A stretch of DNA of 32,000 bases, taken from the NCBI RefSeq assembly GCF_000017845.1, contig NC_010546.1, forward strand, positions 3,330,001 through 3,362,000, given 5' to 3'. This DNA comes from Crocosphaera subtropica ATCC 51142. GTDB taxonomy: Bacteria; Cyanobacteriota; Cyanobacteriia; Cyanobacteriales; Microcystaceae. Below are positions 24,852 to 32,000 of the stretch, piece after piece. Within the stretch, counting starts at the first letter, position 1. Each line of letters starts with the position of its first letter. The notes under the pieces are model-generated. The model worked only from the letters and a program-made list of their open reading frames with translations. It did no database searches and was not told the origin of the DNA. The position numbers and the translations under genes are program-made.

Positions 24852-25847
24852 TTGTTTAATGTTCCCATGGAAGTATTGTTTAAAGTTTGGCGACAAAAAC
24901 CCCATCAAAGTCCTCAGCTACAGACTTATAAACTAGAGGTTCAAGCGGGCAATACCATCTTAGAATGTTTAAATCGCATTAAATGGGAACAAGATGGTAG
25001 TTTAGCTTTTCGTAAAAATTGCCGTAACACCATTTGCGGTAGTTGTAGCATGAGAATTAATGGTCGTTCTGCTTTGGCCTGTAAACAAAATGTGGGACAA
25101 GAATTAGAAATGGCATCTTCTTCAAATAATGGAGATGTGCCAACTATCACCATTGCACCCTTGGGAAATATGCCGGTCATCAAAGATTTGGTGGTGGATA
25201 TGTCAGGCTTTTGGGATAAACTACAAAAGGTTGATCCTTACGTTAGTACCCAAGGACGAAAAATCCCTGAACGGGAATTTTTACAGACCCCTGAAGAGCG
25301 ATCGCAGTTGGATCAGACGGGTAACTGTATCATGTGTGGAGCTTGTTATTCTGAATGCAATGCGTTAACGGTTAACCCTGAGTTTGTAGGTCCCCATGCT
25401 TTGGCCAAAGCACAACGGATGGTGGCAGACTCCCGTGATACCGAAGTAGAAGCCCGTTTAGAAACCTATAACCAAGGAACCCAAGGGGTTTGGGGTTGTA
25501 CCCGTTGTTATTACTGTAATGCGGTGTGTCCCATGGAAGTAGCCCCGATGGATCAAATTGGTTATTTAAAACAAGACATTTTAGATCGTAAAGATGCTCA
25601 AAGTAGTCGTGCAATTCGTCACCGTAAAGTCTTAATTGACTTGGTAAAACAGGGGGGATGGATCGATGAACGGAAATTTGGGGTGTTTGTGGTGGGTAAT
25701 TATTTTAGAGATTTACAAGGGTTACTCTCTCTTGCACCTTTGGGGTTAAGGATGTTGAGTAGTGGTAAGTTTCCGCTTTCCTTTGAACCCTCCGAAGGAA
25801 CAAAAGAAGTGCGATCGCTGATTGAAGCAGTGCAAAATCATGATTAA
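24852..25847 (+). CDS. sdhB: Succinate dehydrogenase / fumarate reductase iron-sulfur subunit.
   Basis: Three cluster motifs are present: the 2Fe-2S motif CRNTICGSCSMRINGRSALAC, the 4Fe-4S motif CIMCGACYSEC and the 3Fe-4S motif CTRCYYCNAVCP. The track ORF opens at TTG 24852, and ATG 24867 (MEVLFKVW...) is the likely start. Confidence 0.9.
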   Translation: MFNVPMEVLFKVWRQKPHQSPQLQTYKLEVQAGNTILECLNRIKWEQDGSLAFRKNCRNTICGSCSMRINGRSALACKQNVGQELEMASSSNNGDVPTITIAPLGNMPVIKDLVVDMSGFWDKLQKVDPYVSTQGRKIPEREFLQTPEERSQLDQTGNCIMCGACYSECNALTVNPEFVGPHALAKAQRMVADSRDTEVEARLETYNQGTQGVWGCTRCYYCNAVCPMEVAPMDQIGYLKQDILDRKDAQSSRAIRHRKVLIDLVKQGGWIDERKFGVFVVGNYFRDLQGLLSLAPLGLRMLSSGKFPLSFEPSEGTKEVRSLIEAVQNHD

Positions 25848-25858
25848 TAATTAATCAT
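25840..25858. repeat. 19-bp perfect palindrome spanning the overlapping stops of two convergent genes.
   Basis: ATGATTAAT-A-ATTAATCAT. The sdhB stop TAA lies at 25845..25847. The hydrolase stop is the complement of 25844..25846. Confidence 0.9.
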
Positions 25859-27232
25859 TAGATAGCCAACCCCTAATAAACCTAGCACCCCTAAAATCCC
25901 TAAGATAATTCGTTTGATGTTTGAAGGGGGGTTAGGTTCATCCACCACTCCAAAATCTTTGAGATCAAATCCCTTCTTATTAGCTAATTGATTAACTGGT
26001 ACTTGATCGGTTACTACGGCTTGCAAAGCTGGCCAAATATATTGATAATTATAAGCATCTGGCCCGTCTTTAGCACCTCCAAAATTATCCATAAATCCAT
26101 CACCATAATATTCGGTATTGGTGACAGATTGATTATGGTCGGCTTTTAGGTTTTTTTCGGGATTGGATTCGGAAAAATATATTTTTTTCTGGGAAGAATG
26201 AATAGTAAAAAAGCGTCCTTTTTGGTCTTCTAAAGGGGGAATTATCCATTCCGTTGCTTTAACAATTTTATCATCAATGCCATGTAAAATACCCACTGGA
26301 ATTTCAAGACTTTTTCCTGTTTCTTCAATGGTCATGGGTTGAGTGGCAAAGGGAAAGCCAAACACTTTTAAAATAATGAAAGCAATACTAGGAATGCCTA
26401 AATTAGTAGTCGGTGCTGGATCGGCAGTAATAATTTGTTTAGGAGTAAATAGGTTTAAATCTTGCTGAGGATGTTGCTTTAAATAGTAAGGCCAACTTAA
26501 GGCTAATAGTCCCCCTAAAGAATGACCAAAAACATAAAAATCGATGTCCTTTTCAAATAAGAGTTTACTATGATTATCTGAGGGATTTTGACGACAATAT
26601 TCTTGTAATTTTCCCCAACCCACCACCGTACTATTGACTGCAAAAGCCAGCCAATCTTTCGGCGCATAAAATAAACTACTCAGCACAGTAAACACCATGC
26701 TTAAGAGATTTTGGGCATATTCTTTTTTGATAAATCCATAAATTCTGAGAAAAATAATTAAGATAATTAATCCCAAGGATAAACGAATTTTTTGACGATT
26801 ATTTTTTGTTTTGAATTCAGCAATATCAGTTGGATTAGTATCTCGTCTTAAAATCATTCCTGTGAAAAAAGTTCCCGTAGCCAATGACCAATAACTTAAG
26901 TCAGATTTCTCTGAAGTTGGCTCATCAGAAAAGTCAGGATAATCGCTTTTTTGATAATCAGGAAAAAAGACATAATACCCTAATGTGGCTAATTGAGATA
27001 AATGTTGTTCATAAAATTGTGGCATACATAAAGCAAAGCCATGTAAATAGGTAATTACTTTGAGTTTTCCCTTTTCCTGGTAAGGATTTTTCGGGACATA
27101 AATCCTTAAATAATCACCGTCTTTGTGGCTTCCTGTTTGATAAATCGTGTAATCTTGTTCGTCTTTCGAGTAGATTTGATAGCCAGAAAATTCAAAGCAG
27201 TTCCAGTCTTTCTTAGAAGAGGATTCTACCAT
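25844..27232 (-). CDS. Alpha/beta hydrolase (lipase / chlorophyllase / PAF-AH-like) with inserted hydrophobic segments and a C-terminal TM anchor.
   Basis: Features are YLHGF, the nucleophile elbow GHSLGG, HGIDDKIV and ADHNQ. Hydrophobic stretches are IRLSLGLIILIIFLRIYGFI and C-terminal IILGILGVLGLLGVGYLMINY. ATG 27232 is preceded by AGGAGG, whereas the track ORF opens at TTG 27262. Confidence 0.7.
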   Translation of the reverse strand: MVESSSKKDWNCFEFSGYQIYSKDEQDYTIYQTGSHKDGDYLRIYVPKNPYQEKGKLKVITYLHGFALCMPQFYEQHLSQLATLGYYVFFPDYQKSDYPDFSDEPTSEKSDLSYWSLATGTFFTGMILRRDTNPTDIAEFKTKNNRQKIRLSLGLIILIIFLRIYGFIKKEYAQNLLSMVFTVLSSLFYAPKDWLAFAVNSTVVGWGKLQEYCRQNPSDNHSKLLFEKDIDFYVFGHSLGGLLALSWPYYLKQHPQQDLNLFTPKQIITADPAPTTNLGIPSIAFIILKVFGFPFATQPMTIEETGKSLEIPVGILHGIDDKIVKATEWIIPPLEDQKGRFFTIHSSQKKIYFSESNPEKNLKADHNQSVTNTEYYGDGFMDNFGGAKDGPDAYNYQYIWPALQAVVTDQVPVNQLANKKGFDLKDFGVVDEPNPPSNIKRIILGILGVLGLLGVGYLMINY

Positions 27233-27366
27233 AACCACAGCCCTCCTAATAGGGATTTTCAAGTGGGTGTATCAATATTCTAGTTAAGTTAAGTGTGGGA
27301 AGGGTGGGAAGAATTTTTAGTTTCATCGTTAATCTATTGATATGAAACCTGCTCTTAGAGGGAAAG

Positions 27367-27389
27367 GGAAGCAGAAAAAAGCTGCCTCC
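27367..27389 (-). terminator. Candidate terminator hairpin after the malic enzyme gene.
   Basis: On the minus strand, GGAGGCAG-CTTTTTT-CTGCTTCC forms an 8-bp stem with one G-U pair, 15 nt after the stop. A pyrimidine-rich tail follows. Confidence 0.4.
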
Positions 27390-27403
27390 TCAACCCAAAA
27401 TGA

Positions 27404-28795
27404 TTATTGAATAGCGACACCATCTTGACGGGCTGCTAATTCTACCGCACTAGCGACAGCATGGGACACCCGATCATCAAACACAGAGGGAATAATATGT
27501 TCTGCATTCAACTGACTGGAATTAACCAAAGAAGCGATCGCTTTAGCTGCTTCTAAATACATATGCTCGGTAATATTTTTGGCACGACAGTCCAGGGCCC
27601 CACGAAATACCCCAGGAAAGGCCAAAACATTGTTAATTTGGTTAGGATAGTCGCTGCGGCCGGTGGCCATCACGGCTACATCATTGATCACTAACTCCGG
27701 TTGAATTTCAGGGATAGGGTTAGCCATCGCAAAGACAATGGGATCTTTATTCATTGACTGCACCATCTCTTGTGTTACCACTCCAGGGACACTCACCCCT
27801 AAAAAGACATCGGCCCCCTGCATGGCATCGGCCAAGGTACCACTGGCACTCACTGCATAGGCTTGTTTTTGGGGGTTAAGATCGTCTCGACTGTGAGAAA
27901 TTAAGCCTTTCGAGTCACATAACCAAATGGTGGTAGCCCCGGCCGCTCGCAATAAAGAGGCGATGGCCACGCCGGCCGCTCCGGCCCCATTAATGACAAT
28001 TCTCACCTCTTCTAAAGACTTCTGGACTAATTTGAGGGCATTAAATAAAGCTGCTAGGGTAACGATCGCTGTACCGTGTTGATCGTCGTGGAACACAGGA
28101 ATATCGAGTTCTTGACGCAATCGTTTTTCAATTTCAAAGCAACGGGGGGCTGCAATATCTTCTAAGTTAACTCCTCCGAAGACTGGGGCGATACGTTTGA
28201 CCGTTTCGATAATTTCTTCTGTGTCTTGGGTGTTTAAACAGATGGGAAAGGCATCGACTCCAGCAAATTCTTTGAATAACATGGCTTTTCCTTCCATCAC
28301 CGGTAATGCGGCTTCGGGTCCTAGGTTTCCTAGCCCTAACACCGCACTGCCATCGGTCACCACAGCTACGGTATTATGTTTGATGGTGAGATTATAGACT
28401 TCAGAACGGTCACGGGCGATCGCCTTACAAATACGACCCACGCCAGGGGTATAAGCCATAGCTAAGTCACCTTGAGAATGAAGAGGCAGACGACTTTCTA
28501 CAGTAATTTTACCCTTACGATGAAGTTCAAAGGTGCGATCGGAAACTTTAAGGATTTTAACGTTGGGAATTTCTCTGACCGCAGAAACAATTTTTTCGGC
28601 GTGTTCTTCGCTAGATGCTTCAACAGTAATTTCCCGTTGAGTAATTTTCAAGTTATGCTCAATCAAAGAAATTTGTCCTAAACTCCCCTGGGCCCCTGCA
28701 ATGGCCTGGGTAACATTGGCGAGGGTTCCTGAAATGTTGGGTAATTCGATGGTTATTGCAAGGCTATAACTTGCGGTTGGGTTGAGGTTTGCCAT
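27404..28795 (-). CDS. NAD(P)-dependent malic enzyme with an N-terminal ACT domain.
   Basis: 463 aa. The first 90 aa or so are ACT-like. The rest carries AYTPGV, VVTDGSAVLGLGNLG, NGAGAAG and NNVLAFPG. Confidence 0.9.
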   Translation of the reverse strand: MANLNPTASYSLAITIELPNISGTLANVTQAIAGAQGSLGQISLIEHNLKITQREITVEASSEEHAEKIVSAVREIPNVKILKVSDRTFELHRKGKITVESRLPLHSQGDLAMAYTPGVGRICKAIARDRSEVYNLTIKHNTVAVVTDGSAVLGLGNLGPEAALPVMEGKAMLFKEFAGVDAFPICLNTQDTEEIIETVKRIAPVFGGVNLEDIAAPRCFEIEKRLRQELDIPVFHDDQHGTAIVTLAALFNALKLVQKSLEEVRIVINGAGAAGVAIASLLRAAGATTIWLCDSKGLISHSRDDLNPQKQAYAVSASGTLADAMQGADVFLGVSVPGVVTQEMVQSMNKDPIVFAMANPIPEIQPELVINDVAVMATGRSDYPNQINNVLAFPGVFRGALDCRAKNITEHMYLEAAKAIASLVNSSQLNAEHIIPSVFDDRVSHAVASAVELAARQDGVAIQ

Positions 28796-28985
28796 GTAAC
28801 TCCTTAACTCATATCAAGAGAGATTGACACTCTCTCCCTTCATGTTTATCCTGACTGCAATAGTCATTAATCTGAGATAGATCGGATCAGTTGACCGTCA
28901 TCTCTTTGTTGTGTCTCCTTTAGTCTATCCTCTTGATTCGTTTGTCTTAATTCTTTGAATAATAGTTTAACGTCTTGGCTGTTGA

Positions 28986-29017
28986 GGGTGTAGGGTGTGG
29001 GGTGTAGGGTGTTTGGG
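28986..29017 (+). repeat. G-tract repeat (GGGTGTA-type) with canonical G4 spacing.
   Basis: GGG-TGTA-GGG-TGT-GGGG-TGTA-GGG-TGTTT-GGG gives five G-tracts with loops of 3-5 nt. It ends 7 nt from the stop of the Uma2 ORF. Confidence 0.85.
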
Positions 29018-29023
29018 AACAGT

Positions 29024-29476
29024 TTATATTTCAGGAACACCTAAACGAGCATAAATAGGAAAACGTTCTAAAGATTTACTGGTTAAATCAATTTCTAATG
29101 CTAAATCTGGGGGAGGATCTTGATTTAAGTCAAAGGTTAATTTACCTCTAATTAAGGGTTCATGTTGAACGTAAAAACAGTTATCAGGTTCTACTCCTGC
29201 TTGTTTAATTTCTTGTTTCCATGTCGTTGATCCTAAACATTCAAAGTCTAACTCTAATATGTCAGCAGCATCCTTAATTACATCGCTAATTCTTTCTTTA
29301 TAATATTCATGTTCGGGTAAAGGTATCATAATTTCTAGTGTTCCTTGATCATACGCAATTCTAGCAGCACGGCTATTTCCTAAATTTTCTAATAATTGAT
29401 TAAATTGTTCCCAACTAATCTGATATAAAACAACTCGATCCGCTTTTACATTAGTTGGTTGGTTACTGGTTAACAT
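29024..29476 (-). CDS. Uma2 (DUF820) PD-(D/E)xK family endonuclease, C-terminally truncated and possibly a pseudogene.
   Basis: 150 aa. It has the typical Uma2 N-terminus (YQISWEQFNQLLE...RIAYDQGTLEIM) and the core PPDLALEIDLTSKS. The ORF stops at ...YARLGVPEI, where family members normally continue (W-x-V/I-D and another 40 aa or so). Confidence 0.65.
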   Translation of the reverse strand: MLTSNQPTNVKADRVVLYQISWEQFNQLLENLGNSRAARIAYDQGTLEIMIPLPEHEYYKERISDVIKDAADILELDFECLGSTTWKQEIKQAGVEPDNCFYVQHEPLIRGKLTFDLNQDPPPDLALEIDLTSKSLERFPIYARLGVPEI

Positions 29477-29554
29477 AATTTTTATTGATGTTATCTTTAG
29501 TTTAATCTATTATAATTTATAGTTACGTTAATTGTTGTGTTAGAAAATAAGTTT

Positions 29555-30637
29555 ATGTCTATCTGTAAAAAGATTAATAATTTAGAGAGTTTTTTAGAGG
29601 AAATTAAATCTTATTTACAAGAATTTGTTACTCCTTTTGCTTCGGAAATTGATCAGTCTCCTGATGCGCTTAAAAAGGCTTTACATGGATTAATAGAACA
29701 CTCATTATTATCGGTAAGAATTCCTCAATCTTGGGGAGGATTAGGGTTAAACCCAGAAATCTTTTATCTTTTACAACAGTTACTATCTCAATATTCGGGA
29801 GCGTTGGCTTTTCTACAACTGCAACATCAAGGGGCTGTTAATGCTATTGTGAAGAGTAAAAATGAAGCTTTAAAACAAAACTATTTACCGAAAATTGTTG
29901 AAGAAAACTTATTATTTGGCTTGGGTTTTTCTCAATTGCGACGACAGGGAAAACCGATGATTACGGCTACTCCGATTCAGGGAGGATATGAGATAACGGG
30001 TGAAGTTCCTTGGATTACAGGATTTGATTTTTTTGATATCTTTATTTTAGGAGCAACTTTACCAGACGATCAAGAAATTAGAGGAATTGTTCCTTTTACT
30101 CCATCGTCTCAAGTTAGGTTTAGTGAGCCGATAAAATTAGGAGCAATGCAGTCAACCAATACCGTCACTGCTACTTTTAAAACCTATTTTTTGCCTGAGG
30201 AAAATATTGTTTCGATTGATCAACCTGGAGGTATTCATAACCATGATCAAAAAGTTGTTCTTTATCCTAGCTTTTTAGTTTTAGGATGTGCCAAAGCTGG
30301 TTTAGATATTGTTAAAAATGTTTGCCAAAAAAAAGAGATTGATTTTATCCAAGAAGCCTATGACCATCTCAATGAAGAATGGCAGATTTGTGAAAGGAAA
30401 ATCAGAAAAGCTATGAATATTGATCACCGTTCTTTTGACGATGATTTACAGTTAAGAGTGTGGTCAATTAATTTAGCTCAAAGATGTGCTATAGCAGCTT
30501 TAACCGTATCTAGTGGTGCTGCTAACTATTATAATCATCCAGCCCAAAGGGTATATAAAGAAGCCCTTGTTTTTAGTGTTTTTGCTCAAACGACTGATAT
30601 TATGAAAGGGACTTTAGAACAGTTAATGTATAATTAA
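29555..30637 (+). CDS. Acyl-CoA dehydrogenase-fold flavoprotein.
   Basis: 360 aa from ATG 29555 (the track ORF opens at GTG 29537). The N-terminal helical, middle beta (GGYEITGEVPWITGF) and C-terminal helical domains are recognisable. The C-terminal VFAQTTDIMK aligns to [10 protein letters not shown] of MCAD-type enzymes. Confidence 0.7.
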   Translation: MSICKKINNLESFLEEIKSYLQEFVTPFASEIDQSPDALKKALHGLIEHSLLSVRIPQSWGGLGLNPEIFYLLQQLLSQYSGALAFLQLQHQGAVNAIVKSKNEALKQNYLPKIVEENLLFGLGFSQLRRQGKPMITATPIQGGYEITGEVPWITGFDFFDIFILGATLPDDQEIRGIVPFTPSSQVRFSEPIKLGAMQSTNTVTATFKTYFLPEENIVSIDQPGGIHNHDQKVVLYPSFLVLGCAKAGLDIVKNVCQKKEIDFIQEAYDHLNEEWQICERKIRKAMNIDHRSFDDDLQLRVWSINLAQRCAIAALTVSSGAANYYNHPAQRVYKEALVFSVFAQTTDIMKGTLEQLMYN

Positions 30638-30650
30638 TAATTAGATAAAA

Positions 30651-30669
30651 ACCTCAGTATTTCTGAGGT
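30651..30669 (+). terminator. Candidate terminator hairpin after the ACAD-fold gene.
   Basis: ACCTCAG-TATTT-CTGAGGT lies 14 nt after the stop. There is no clear U-tract. Confidence 0.35.
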
Positions 30670-30960
30670 CAAGTAGGAGCAACCATGATATAGAAAAAGC
30701 AAAACGATACAAGGGAGAAAGTAAGACGACTAATCTTAAAAGAATGTTAAAAGGGCAAGTCTTTATAAAAGCTTGACTTGTTTGAATCTATCCTTAGCCT
30801 TCCCAAAAACGAACGGTTTCCTATCACCCAGGATTCAAAAAATGTTTCTGATCATGCGAAATTCTCTACTACTAAGTACCTAACTGGAGTTTAGACTACG
30901 GCAAAATTGCCCAACATTGTTTTGGGTCTGAAAAAAGGACAAATTAACTAAAAATTTGGT

Positions 30961-32000
30961 CTAAGTCTTCTTCTTTTTAGCTTTTTTATCAGGACTTTTT
31001 CGTTTTTTAATGACAGGATAACGGGTTCTTTTAGTTCTTACTTGACCAGATTCCCATCCTGGGGATTTTCCACGGGGTTTGGGAGTTCGTGCTGGTGTTC
31101 CAATCTCTACTAAAAGTCCAAACATTGACTGTGCAACCCTTCCCGGACTTAAGTTTTTTTGAGGTTTTTGCCAAGGGAGATATTTTTCTTCAACTAAATC
31201 TTTAGCCAGCCATAATTGCCAAGTTATTAATGGCATTAAATCACTCCATCTTTCACATTGATGAGGTGTGCTAAGTGCTGGTAATGTCCAATGTAATCTT
31301 TGTTTAATAAATCGATACCAATGGTCGACAGTAAAACGTCTTAAATACTTTTTCCACAGTAATTCTAAGGGAAGTATATCTAGTTTCTGTTTCCCAATAA
31401 AAACCAACCATAATGGTTTTTGAAGTGACCCTTTTTTATTAGTTTCTAGTCTCTCCACTAAAATCAGTGTCATGTTTACCGATGAGGATTTAAGGAAATG
31501 TAACTGTGACCATTTCCTGACTTTTATTTTACCCAGCTTATCATCATTAAGCTCAACTATTTCTGTTGCATCCCACCAAGTTAATTTGTCATTTAGCTTA
31601 AATTTATCCCCATGTTTTCTTGGCCGTCCTCGACCGCTATACTGTCCAGGCGCACCGTATAAACAGCAATTTGAGCGTATTCTGATTAGACAATCTACTT
31701 CTACATCTACTGTTTGATTAACCCATGAAGCATTTCCATATTCGCTATCTAATAAAGCTAAAATTGGATAATTAACACTTCTTCTTACTTGTTTTAATTG
31801 CCAAGTTGCTTTACTAATTGGTGTTTCAAAACTGGTTATTCTTTCATGTCTTAAGGGTAAAGCCCAGCTTCTACTATCTTCAGGTATCCAAGCTATGGTA
31901 CTATAATTATGTCCTTCAGTTACTTTTTGAAAGTTTTTGGGTGAATGATGATAGCCTCGGTCTTTCAAAGTAGGAGAATCTAGTCTAGGATTGGCTGTAT
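30961..32000 (-). mobile_element. DDE transposase gene of an IS element (IS4/IS701-like superfamily). The 5' end lies beyond the window end.
   Basis: The track ORF opens at TTG 31968, but the frame stays open to position 32000 (...TANPRLDSPTLKDRGYHH...). The protein contains LLDSEYGN, GRGRPRKHGDKF and a very basic tail, KKRKSPDKKAKKKKT. The IS boundaries cannot be defined from one end. Confidence 0.7.

Overview
The window is an AT-rich cyanobacterial chromosomal segment. I counted 14 perfect copies of the HIP1 octamer GCGATCGC by eye, and the gene content is typical of cyanobacteria. Most of it is housekeeping and envelope genes. These are clpB (5' part, running off the window start), coaX, argB, a COG0523 metallochaperone with a His-rich tract, and an HdrB/SdhE-like CCG-domain protein. 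They continue with an aldehyde dehydrogenase, tRNA-Asn(GTT) and a minus-strand sugar cluster (GT4, small phosphoglycosyl transferase, gmd, fcl). After those come a large GH13-like enzyme and a co-directional run of cyAbrB, CPBP protease, DUF1517, a degenerate ARH-like protein and a GT2 (MgdA-like). The last part holds sdhB, a membrane-inserted alpha/beta hydrolase, an ACT-domain malic enzyme, a truncated Uma2 nuclease, an ACAD-fold protein and a DDE transposase running off the window end. I see no rRNA, CRISPR array, prophage or recognisable defence island. I cannot point to a clear-cut new multi-gene system. The observations I consider most worth follow-up are listed here. (1) A dispersed family of intergenic G-tract repeats with canonical G-quadruplex spacing, one of which abuts the truncation point of the Uma2 gene. 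(2) An ADP-ribosylglycohydrolase-fold protein that lacks its metal ligands, embedded in a five-gene co-directional cluster with green-lineage membrane proteins. (3) An ACAD-fold protein without the canonical catalytic Glu, sitting next to mobile-element debris. (4) Several unusually strong local inverted repeats: a Fur/Zur-like operator upstream of the COG0523 gene, a pseudoknot-like 3' UTR element, and a 19-bp palindrome that encodes both stop codons of two convergent genes. All functional calls come from motif recognition by eye and memory of protein families. No database search was run.
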